Part shown: positions 1 to 16,483 of the stretch, piece by piece | Layout: each line of letters opens with the position of its first letter | How positions within the stretch are numbered: position 1 is the stretch's first letter | Assembly (NCBI RefSeq): GCF_963506605.1 | Contig: NC_083283.1 | Location: forward strand, 82,088,001-82,152,000 | Length of the DNA stretch: 64,000 bases | Direction: 5' to 3' | Source: Zootoca vivipara | Lineage: Eukaryota | The notes under the pieces: model-generated | Database searches by the model: none | What the model was told of the DNA's origin: nothing | What the model saw: the letters and a program-made list of their open reading frames with translations, nothing else | Translations under genes and position numbers: made by a program

Positions 1-134
1 TGACACCAGCCCTTGAGCTAGCATAACTCCGTTCTCTTCCCGCTAAGCACAATGGGAGCTGGGTGGGCACCACAGAGGGAGCGCCACCACAGGCTTGGAC
101 ACAAAACAGGCTTTTGAATATAGTCATAAATAAC

Positions 135-140
135 TTTATT
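135..140 (-). terminator. Probable OVOL2 polyadenylation signal (AATAAA on minus strand)
   Basis: tttatt at 135-140, about 690 nt past the OVOL2 stop, at the end of an AT-rich 3'UTR. Confidence 0.55.
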
Positions 141-829
141 GGAATATTTCATAGCAGACTTTGCTTTCTTTGGGGGGAGGGGAATACAAATGATGGTTAT
201 TGTGTTATTGGCAAAGATATTTTATTTGAATTCTAGGCCAGTTACCTGTATTCAAATTAAATACAGTTATTTTGGTCAAATACATTATAGCCGTAGGTAA
301 CTGTTTCTTTATCAAAGGCACGTATTAGAGGTTTGTACAAAGGCTGAGAGAGAACCAAGCACAATTCAGTTTATGCTATGTACTGTACTATGTTCGCCCC
401 ATACTGGGGAGATTTTATTCACGTTCAGAAATTAAGTACCTAGACAGTTTGATCAGACCAGATTGAGTGCTGTCGTCCTTTTGAATTCAGTTCAATGCAG
501 CTCAGTAGGTAAATCCTGCAAGGTTACGAGCAGAGTTTAGTGACATCAGATGTAGGCTGAAGGCAGCACCTGACAGGTCAAAGGTAGAATTTGATCTAAT
601 GGGCCTGTGTGTACCAACAGTGAGAATAGTTAAAAAACTCTTAAGCCAAACAGACGCTAGCTTGCCTGCCTGCCTGCCTACCTAAGAGATTTCAGTCTTC
701 CCTTCCCCTAGAGATTTCAACAGGGCCACTAAAACCCTGAAACGTTTTGTCAGATCATGACACTTGGCAACCCGACTTCAGACAATTGTAAACTTCCAAC
801 TCATTTGGCCACTACAATGCAGTGCAGTA

Positions 830-7339
<6,510 letters not shown>

Positions 7340-8818
7340 GATGAGCTCCGCGATTTCACCTTTCCTCCTGGCCGTTCCGTTTTCTGGGAACTCCGCCCTT
7401 CCCTGGGGTTCCAGGTGAGGCGCGTTGGCAATGGGTCGCGGCTTCTACTGGCGGCCCCCCACCCCCACCCCGGCCCAGCGGAGCGCAAGAGACCCCAAAG
7501 CCGGAGCCGAAGGTGCCCCCCTTCACCCCCACCCCCTTTCCTAAGGTGTATATGAGCAAAGGCACCACCAGGAAACTTGGGAGGGAGCATGCGTGCTGCA
7601 AACATAACGGTGTCAACAAGCTTCTCTACCTGTCCGACCGGTTGGAGCAGCTCTGCTTTGTTCCAGCCCTTCCTTAGGCATGAATGTTTGCAAAGAATGT
7701 AACGTCTGAAAATGAGGAGGGGGGATTCGTAGGACCGTAGACTTCCCTCCCCGGATCATTTCTGTCACCACAGCAAGAGCAAGCACCCCCTTTCCTGCCA
7801 GCAGCGAAGACCCCCCCCCTCCCCACCAACCCAGGTGGAGCCTTGGGGTTGCAGCATGCTTGTGTCTCCAAGGTCCTGGAAGCTGATTTGGGCGCTGAGC
7901 TGCTCTCCCCTTGGGGCTTTAAATGTGTATCTGGTTGCCATGTACAAACACACTAGCTAATTTCATATTAATATAATGAATGCTTCTGCAGGACATGCAA
8001 GAATTTCCCTCTAGCTAGGTTGTGTGTGTGTGTGGACATGCAGTGCACCCATGGGAAGTAACTACAGGCTGACATTCAAAGCCAAGCAGCTCCAGGCACT
8101 TATATTAAGGGGTTTTTTTGCTGTCTGCTTTGCATGCAGTCATATTCAGAGGCCTCTTTCTCTCTCTCTCCTCTGAGTTTGGTGATGGAGATGCCTCCAA
8201 GCACTGCAAGGGGTAGGGCAAAGGGTGCTTCTCCAGCATGTAAGTGTGAGAATGTCTAGATGAAACACGAGAGCCTACAAAAAATAATAATGGATGGAGC
8301 TGCCTGCTATGTACATCAAGGACTCTGATGTGTGTTTTATGTAGAGTTTCAAAGCAAATAACTGTAGAGTATAGGCCGCTTCTCACTAGAACCGAAAGAA
8401 GGAAAAATGACCCCAGATTAATAAGGCAACAACATAAGATAAATAAATCAAGGGTAAGAAACTTAAATGAACTTTATAATCTCTCTATGTACACAAAATC
8501 TAATGGCTGTGATACCCATAAATAAAAAAAATTACATACAAAGAGTTGGATCTTATTATTGAAAAAGACAGAGAAAGGCAATAAAACAAAAATCCAAAAA
8601 AGTTAGTACCAAATATATAAAACTTATAATACAATAAATGGGATGTATAGATCCATAAACAAAATAAGAATATAAGACGTGTGAATATAAGAATATAAGG
8701 CTGCTGCTTCCAAGTCCCCACAATGTACAGGCTCATGCTTAAAAGGCCACGATGCCTTTAGTGACTTCCATGTCCCAAGGGGTGGCTTGCCCCTCACCCA
8801 ACAACCAATACAGTATGG

Positions 8819-9087
8819 CAGGCGTGTCCAACAGGTAGATCGTGATCTACTGGTAGATCACTGGATGTCTGTGGTAGATCACTGGTAGATCACTGGCTCC
8901 CCCAAAGAAGCTCTATAAGTTTTGTTCCCCCCCCCAAAAAAGCTCTACAACTTTTACCTGGAACCCCCCAAAACAGGGTTTTCCTTCCTAAAAAAAGCTC
9001 AACAACTTTAACCAAAAAGGGGGTAGATCACTGCCAGTTTTTAACTCTGCAAGTAGATCGCAGTCTCTTGGGAGTTGGCCACCCCTG
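8819..9087. mobile_element. Non-autonomous hAT element, family B (GTAGATC-rich)
   Basis: CAGG...CCTG ends with a perfect 8-bp TSD CAGTATGG. A second copy lies inverted at 45189-45410. Confidence 0.85.
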
Positions 9088-9899
9088 CAGTATGGGATCA
9101 GGCCCCGTTGTCAGGGCTGGCCCTATGTCCAGGCTGGGTGGCGCAGGGCGCCGGCCCGCCATGGGGGCGCATCGCAGCTGCGCCCGCCTGCCACTCTTCT
9201 GTGCAACAGCGCCCTCGGCAGTAGCGCTGTGTGCTGAGCCCGCCTGCCCGTCGCGCAGCAGTGCCCTCGGCAGCTGCGCTGCGCCTGCCCGCCCGCCGTG
9301 CTGGGAAACGGGGCGGGGGGGCACCGGAGGGATCCGTCGCACCACAGCGGCAGGGCACCAGAGGTGCTTAAGACGGCCCTGCCCGTTGTGGTGCTGAGGG
9401 GCCCATCTTGATGGGCCTTCCGTCACCTACCATCCCTAGGCGTCTGGCCCCTGACCAACAGGAAGACATTTCAAAGCTCTGTTGTCCTGAGGCCTACATT
9501 TTTCTTTGTACAGTAATTTGAAGTTATACCCATGTCACAGTTAAGAACCCAAAATGTGAAATATGCTTCTAGACATGCCTTGTCCTTAATCCTAAACACA
9601 TCTGCTCTTATTTCCAGCTGTGGCATTCAGACAGCTTTACTGACAAAGCCCTGTTCATCCAAGTTTTGTGTTTAGAGTCTTCTGGTGGAGTTAGAAGGCA
9701 GGAAGAACATCATTTGATTTATTTTTCTTTTTAATATTTTTTTTACTGTACAGCATCATGCACAAATGAAATAACATATCCCACTCTCGCCCAGAAGCTG
9801 AAGTTTAGTCAGTACATCAGAAATACAACCTAAATAACGTAATTAAGTTCCTACCCCAGACAACTATCTATATAGGGGGCAATATACAGTTTATGCTAA

Positions 9900-10195
9900 C
9901 CGAAAAGCCTCAGCAACTGGAGAATTGAGTAAGGCAACACTCTCATCAGAGAATGTATTTACAGCAGCATCAAGATCAGCGTGAAGGCGACCCCTTCTGC
10001 CCTCAAAATGTCTAGCAATCTTGTCACAGCAGGTCTTTGACAGTTCCAGCACCCCATCAGTCAAGCAGCTTTGCTGTTCAGTCAACTGCACTCTGCTACT
10101 TCCATGCTAGCCAGATGGACATCGCCTGGCCTGCTTCAATCCACATAATTCTGAGGAAAGCTAAGGAGCACAATGAGTGTCCGAGTGGACACTCC
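9900..10195 (-). mobile_element. L2-clade LINE ORF2 fragment
   Basis: CDKIARHFEG...LHADLDAAV resembles the fragment at 39619-39840 (CDLFAKHFEDKIACIPWDLDSVV). Confidence 0.5.
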
Positions 10196-10215
10196 CAAGA
10201 GATTGAGTCAATAGC

Positions 10216-10660
10216 CCTCCTGGAGGGCAACCAAAATGGTCAAAGGCCTGGAAACGATGCCTTAAGAGGAACAGCTTAGGGAGTTGGGTATGTTTAGCCT
10301 GGAGAAGAGAAGGTTAAGGGGTGATATGATAGCCATGTTCAAATATATAAAAGGATGTCATATAGAGGAGGGAGAAAGGTTGTTTTCTGCTGCTCCAGAG
10401 AAGCGGACACGGAGCAATGGATTCAAACTACAAGAAAGAAGATTCCACCTAAACATTAGGAAGAACTTCCTGACAGTAAGAGCTGTTCGGCAGTGGATTT
10501 TGCTACCAAGGAGTGTGGTGGAGTCTCCTTCTTTGGAGGTCTTTAAGCAGAGGCTTGACAGGCATATGTCAAGAATGCTTTGATGGTGTTTCCTGCTCGG
10601 CAGGGGGTTGGACTGGATGGCCCTTGTGGTCTCTTCCAACTCTATGATTCTATGATTCTA
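10216..10660 (+). mobile_element. CR1 LINE 3' fragment
   Basis: ORF FSLEKRRLRGDMIAMFKYIKG...RFHLNIRKNFLTVRAVRQW is the CR1 ORF2 C-terminus, followed by an (ATTCTATG)n tail. Confidence 0.92.
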
Positions 10661-11370
10661 TCTCCCGGGTCCACAGTGAGGTACCGATAAGGAGCTCAAT
10701 GGGATTGCTGACACTGGAAAATCCCCACCAGATTCCAGAAATTGTCCAGTTGCGACCCAGGATGTTTTGGCACTAGAGACAGAAGAGAATATTCTGTCCC
10801 CCTTCGGAGCCAGATTAAAGGTAGTGCGAGAAGTTCCCCAGCACAGGGCTCTGAGCTAATGAGAGACAAAATTAAGAAGATCCATACTTGAGAAGATCCA
10901 TTTTGGGGCACTGAATTTTGACCTCACACAGGGCGTCATATTACAAAGATTACCCCAGTCCACCCCTGCCTCCTCTTCTACTGTGCACCCACTGCCACAC
11001 ACCCACTGCTGTGCCCCCACCTAGCAGCAGGCACACAGCAGGTGGCAGCAGGTGGGTGCATGGTGGGGGGGGCATATTGCAAAGGAAGAGGCAGTGGCAG
11101 CCCACAAGTGCAGGAGGTGGATCTACTGCCCCTCCCAGTTGCCTGGAGGCTTCTGCCCTGTGGTCCCTGCTGCCCCTCGCCTCATTATTGGGCCAGCCCT
11201 GCGTCCAACAACATGCCTGATATGCCTTCTGTAAGCTCAGACAGGGAGGCTGCTCAGGGTGGACAATACACCAACAGCACCTCCAATTTGCCCCATGGAC
11301 CTAATAAGATGCCTTTTAGACCACAGTGCACTACCCCCTGGACCAGCTGGGGTGACCAGTGGCCAGGGAG

Positions 11371-11657
11371 GAATCATAGAATTGTAGAGATGGAAGGGGC
11401 CAAAGGGTCATCTAGTCCAACCCCCTGCAATGTGGGATTTCTTTGTCCAACGTGGGGCTCAAACCCATGACCCTGAGATTAAGAGTCTCATGGAGAGCTC
11501 AGGTGGTAGAGCATGAGACTCTTAATCTCAGGGTTGTGGGTTCAAGTCCCACATTGGGCAAAAGCTTCCTGCATTGCAGGGGGTCAGATTAGATGACCCT
11601 TGTGGTCCCTTCCATCTCTACAATTCTATGATTATATGCTCGACTGAGCTATCCCAG
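11371..11657. mobile_element. Two tRNA-Lys(CTT)-headed, CR1-tailed SINEs, one nested inverted inside the other
   Basis: Plus copy at about 11493-11633 has a tRNA-Lys-like head (AGAGCATGAGACTCTTAATCTCAGGG) and an ATTCTATG tail. The minus copy is split into 11371-11492 and 11636-11657. Confidence 0.85.
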
Positions 11658-12377
11658 AAGTTACTTGTAGGAAAGGCCAATGAAGTCACATGCATGGGGC
11701 CAAGTTGTTTTGCTCCCCTCCCCACAACATCCTTCTCCTCCCTTGCAAAGGTGTGTGTGGACACTAAATCATTGCAGTTGCAAATAATACAAAGTACCTA
11801 ACTAAAATGAAAAGTGTCTGACCTTGGTTTAGAAGGGGGTCCCTGACTCCCTGCTGTCAAAATTTCTAATGTGAGTAACTGTCACTATAGCCATGCATTA
11901 CTCTGAAATAAGCCCCACTAAATGCCATAGGGATTACTCCCAGTTAGGACTGGAGCCTGAATTGGTTAGTCTTAAAGGTGCCACACAGAACTTCAATAGA
12001 CCTTACAACTCCCAGGAAGTAGGGTTCGGATTGCAGTTTATCCTGTATTTCTAAACCCATTTAATCTGGGAGTAATCCTTTCCCTATTAACTTCAATGGA
12101 CTTTACCTCTGAATCATGGTTAGGATTGCTAGTCATCAAGTGCTCTTCTACCACTGGTGACCTGTTTAAAAGGGAATCCTACAGGCTGACAAAGCTTCTG
12201 TTATCTAGGGCTGAAATGATTAACTGTCCAATTCCCAGCACAAAGCACAATTCCTAACGGGGGGAGATTTAATCCACTTGGGTTTGTGGTTGGCCTTGTG
12301 TTCATTAAGGCTGCAGTAATAACGGCTGCTGCCCCCATGGGCAGGGGTGGGTTTATCCCGCAGTTAAGTGCATAGGC

Positions 12378-12513
12378 CAGGTATCCCCAAACTCGGCCTT
12401 CCAGATGTTTTGGGACTATAACTCCCATCATCCCTAGCTAACAGGACCAGTGGTCAGGGATTATGGGAATTGTAGTTCCAAAACATCTGGAGGGCCGAGT
12501 TTGGGGATGCCTG
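12378..12513. mobile_element. hAT-type MITE, family A
   Basis: Family A TIRs and body; its own flanks do not form a TSD. Confidence 0.85.
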
Positions 12514-13037
12514 CCTTAGAACACAGTTCTGAACATACTTATTGGGAAGTAAGTTCTAGTGAATGTACTGAGACTTAGGCCTAATTATCTCTTACACAGT
12601 GAACCTGAGATTGAACCACACAATTCCAGACTGCAGGGGGTGTTCACGTGATTACATTATTAACCCATCCCCAAAAGTCCTAGGCGTGTAGAAAACTAAA
12701 TTAGAACCCTTCTCCCTAACATGACAGTTTACAATGTGCATATTTATTTTTTCAGAACTGAAAATATTCAATCAGAAGTGGGCTCTGCAACAAAATGTTG
12801 CAGTATGGGGTGCTTCTGTTCAGCATTCCAGCTAGCCAGCCAGCCACACCATCTTACATCCTCTTACCATGACCCCCATTTCCTGCTTTTCTCTGTGACT
12901 ACAGGGGCAGTTCTCATTCAGCTTTAGATTCCCCACTTTAGGGGGTTTGCTTTTGGGTTCTGGCACTTCTGCAAACCTTGAAGCACCCACAAGTCTGCCA
13001 AGACAACTCCTTCTTACATGCTACTGGTGCTATTTGA

Positions 13038-13169
13038 CTTCCTCAAACTCGGCCCTCCAGATGTTTTTTGCCTACAACTCCCATGATCCCTAGCTAGCAG
13101 GACCAGTGGTCAGGGATGATGGGAATTGTAGTATCAAAACATCTGGAGGGCCGAGGTTGAGGAAGCCTG
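13038..13169. mobile_element. hAT-type MITE, family A (left tip missing)
   Basis: Family A body with the TIR variant CTTCCTCAA...TTGAGGAAGCCTG. Confidence 0.8.
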
Positions 13170-14139
13170 GCATAGGCCTACACATGTCTACTCAGAAGTA
13201 CCCTTACTCCATGATAAGTCTGTAGGCTGCTCGAAGCCTACCTTGGTTTCTTTTAAACGGCACACTGGACTGTTTTAAATAATAAAATAAATGCCACTCC
13301 TCCCTTCTTCAGCCAGCGCCCCCCACATCACAATGCAAGCTTCTCCAGTCTTCAGAATTAACTCTTGCTTTTGAAATAATTGCCCCCCCCTTCAGCAATA
13401 AGATAAAGAAACACACATCCCCTCAGAGCCAGCTCCCTTTGCCATAACAAGACTCTCATAAAGGAATCAACACTCCCCTCATTTCCTAAGAAATGGCTGG
13501 CTGCTGAAGCATTGCAATTAATGGATTTAAAAGGGATTCGTGACCTTTCCTTCCAAATCATAGGAAGGACTTCGTATGGCAGCTTCACCGTTTCCTTCAT
13601 TTGGTGCAGAGATTTTATTTTCCATATAAAAAGGACCACGATCGTAGCCAGGATTTTTGGTTGGGGTTGGGGGGGGGCAGGCCTTTTGTTGTAGGGGAGA
13701 ACCTGTTTGCTATGTATTTTATTGATGGGGGGGGGGTAGCTGCCCCTCCCTGTCCCCGTTTGGCTACGCCCACGAACAGGACTCCGTTTTTGCACCTACA
13801 CATAGACACCACCGCCACTCCGCGAAACATGGAGGGGAGGAAAAAGGAAAACTGCCCCCCCCTTTTCTCCTTCTCTGTCTTTCTTCTTGTTACCTCCTGT
13901 GGGTGGTAAGAGGCAGAGGATTCCACATTCTTTTTATTCTATTTGCATATTCTGGGTAGTTGTTTTGTTTTGAGTTTTTTGCTTAGTCTTCTATACATTA
14001 CTGAATTATGAAAAACGTCAATAAAAATCCTACACCGAACTGAAAAGCCCGTGTTTCTCCCTCCGACCATCCCAGGTGAGGCAAGCCTCAGGGCTGCAGG
14101 TAAAAACCGCTACAGCTGACCCGGGGTTCTGAACCCTAA

Positions 14140-14620
14140 CCAAAACTGTCGTAAGAGACGCGCTGCACGCTCTTTGCCCCTCTCGCGGCGTGGAACGGCG
14201 AGCTCCGAATGGAACCGGAAATCACCGCGGTCAGGAGAGCGTCAAGGGCCTTTGCCTCTTTAAGCCGCGGCCGAAAGAGCGTTCGGAAGGCGCCGAGCCG
14301 CTGGGCATGCGCAGGAGGCCGCGCATGCTCCTCGGGGTCCTAGCGGGCGCTGAGGGAAGGCCGAGTCCGCCGCCGACTCTGCCGGGCATGTCGGCGGCGT
14401 CCAAGGCGGTTCTGGCGGCCTCTGTCGCGGTCTCGGGCGTCATCGTCGCGGCCGTCCACCTCCAGCAGAGCCGCGTCAGGGAGGTAGGCCTCTCCCTCCC
14501 CCCACCCGCACTCTATATAAACGTGGCCTATTCCTATCCCCCCCCTCGTGGGAGGGGGGCGATTTCGGCGGCAGAAATAGCCATTGACTTTCCGGGGCGG
14601 CCCCATGCCAGCGGCTGCAT
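14140..14620. promoter_or_regulatory. CpG-island promoter shared by PET117 and KAT14
   Basis: CpG-rich region around PET117 exon 1, with NRF1-like GCATGCGCA (14305-14313) and GCGCATGC (14321-14328) and ETS-like CGGAA motifs. Confidence 0.75.
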
Positions 14621-16364
14621 TATTAGTGTGAATGCATGTGACCCTTTTGCCGAGAAGGGACTGAACTGTGTGCGTGTAAACCAGGCATCCTCAAACTTCG
14701 GCCCTCCAGATTTTTGGCCTACAACTCCCATGATCCCTAGCTAACAGGACCAATGGTTGGGGAAGATGGGAATTGTAGTCCAAAACATCCGGAGGGCCGA
14801 TGTTTGGGGATGCCTGGTGTAAACCAACGGGTACGATGGCTGTGGGAGGGGCACGGGCAGCGGACACGCCCCTCCCCCCAAATTTACACAGGTTCAGTGC
14901 TCCCCCCCCAAAATGTTTAGGGTTACTCTCATTTTGACTCAAGAAAATCACCATTGTATAGTTCAAATCTTGGGAAATAAATACAGTAAATGGCAAAAAG
15001 TACAAAGAACATGCATTATTACTTCATATTAAACAGCTGACAGCTCACATTAATTTTCCTACTCATATTGAAATGCTGCCCCTCAATGAGGCCAAACTTC
15101 TATCAGCAAAACACCACACATCCACATTCTACATTGCTTCACACATTAAATGCTCACTTCTTTATGAGACTCAGGAAATGAGGCCGCCGTCGGGGGTAGC
15201 AACAGATTCACCGTGCTAGAGAAGATTTAATTTTTTAAAATGTTTAGGGGTATGCTTACCCCTGCGTCTCCCCAGAAAAAAACGCTGCACAGGTTCAGTA
15301 TATACACTCACACCACAATGAACCCAGAAGGGACCCCGAAATGTTGTAAAGATGTCACTGGAACATTGCTCAAAGAGTGGGACAGGGTGTCTGTGGTCTT
15401 TTCCAGTGGGTTTTCAATTGTACACAATTTCACCAGTGTGTGTGGTGCCTCGGAACCCATGCTATTTTCCCTAGAGAAAAAGGTGCTGGAACTCACCATG
15501 AACACCTCCCTCCTTCTCTTAGCATGGCAGTGGCACCCACTTGACAAAAAGCCCTGCTCCAAATGTAACCCCCACACAAATTGGGGGGGGGGGCTGTCTG
15601 GACTGCCAAGTAGTCATGAGAATATTCCCTGGATTTCTGTCCAAAAGCCTGGAGGGGTAGAAGTAGGAAATTCTCCTATATAGCCAGATGTTTTTTATAC
15701 ACACACACACATACACTTGCTATGAAGCTGTTTAATATTTTCAAAAAGGTGTATAGGAGCTGGAGAGAAAAGGAAGCAAAAAAGAACAGAGGTATTTGAC
15801 ACTTTGCATAGGAGGAGAAATTGCATCTGCTGTTGCTGCCCTTTCCTCCAATTCAACCATTCCTTCTTACACGCTCCCTCTGCACTTTGTAACATAAATT
15901 TTCCCCAGCATTTTATGCCCCAGTGTTCCATATGGCCACAGAAGGCCTCTGATTATTGGTTTGTGATATAGCGATCTTCAGGTAATGACCCCTTTCTTTA
16001 TGATTTGCAGATGTCTTAGTCCTGTATTGGAATGAGGATGTATACTTCCTGCTGTTAGCAAAACCTTTGAAGTTACTTTTGCAACAGTATGATTGCTTTG
16101 TAAGATTCACATTTGGCCTTAATTTCCTATAGCAGTACCTTTACACTTTCTCAAGTTTTTGAACAGTAGATTATTAAGAGATATATAGCATAATATATGA
16201 TGAGAGGTCTCTTTCAGAGGCTACGTGAAGGAGTGCTGAGAGACGTTGAGAGGCAGAATCGTAAGCAAGAAAATCTTCGCCTTTTGGAGCAACAGATTGC
16301 CTTGACTGAGCAACTTGAAATGGAAAGAAGCAAAATGCTCATGGGAAAAGAATCCTCACAGTAA
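14388..16364 (+). CDS. PET117: PET117 cytochrome c oxidase assembly factor, 2 exons, 80 aa
   Basis: Exon 1 14388-14483 (MSAASKAVLAASVAVSGVIVAAVHLQQSRVRE, donor GTAGGC). Exon 2 16218-16364 (RLREGVLRDVERQNRKQENLRLLEQQIALTEQLEMERSKMLMGKESSQ*). Hydrophobic N-terminus followed by a coiled coil, in the syntenic position just before KAT14. Confidence 0.93.
14682..14816. mobile_element. hAT-type MITE, family A
   Basis: Perfect 8-bp TSD GTGTAAAC. Confidence 0.9.
14895..15287. mobile_element. Non-autonomous hAT element, family C
   Basis: Ends CAGTGC...ACGCTG with a perfect 8-bp TSD CACAGGTT and an internal repeat of AAAATGTTTAGGG. Confidence 0.8.
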
Positions 16365-16459
16365 GGGCAGGGAAGAGTTGGGATCTCCCTTTTCATTTCG
16401 GTTATTTAAATGTCTTCATATTTGTTCGAACAGTCTTGGTTTGGCTGGGCTTCTTGCAT

Positions 16460-16465
16460 AATAAA
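16460..16465 (+). terminator. AATAAA between the PET117 stop and the KAT14 ATG (probable PET117 poly(A) signal)
   Basis: Canonical hexamer 95 nt after the PET117 TAA and 18 nt before the KAT14 ATG. Confidence 0.6.
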
Positions 16466-16483
16466 AGTGACTGTCAATTCACA

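Noticed and set aside
9100-9453. GC-rich block with several ORFs, possibly a CpG-island promoter or small gene
   Set aside because: No splice-consistent coding signal. It looks like a non-autonomous DNA transposon, but I could not fix its ends or TSD, so it is not annotated.
11493-11560. Apparent tRNA-Lys(CTT) gene
   Set aside because: The acceptor stem is degenerate and the sequence runs directly into a CR1-type tail, so it is a SINE head and not a tRNA gene.
16361-16433. Possible 73-nt mini-intron (GTAAGG...AACAG) that would remove the PET117 stop and fuse it to KAT14
   Set aside because: After splicing, the frame is off by one relative to KAT14 and reaches a TAA shortly after. Simple stop read-through is also out of frame, so no fusion protein results.
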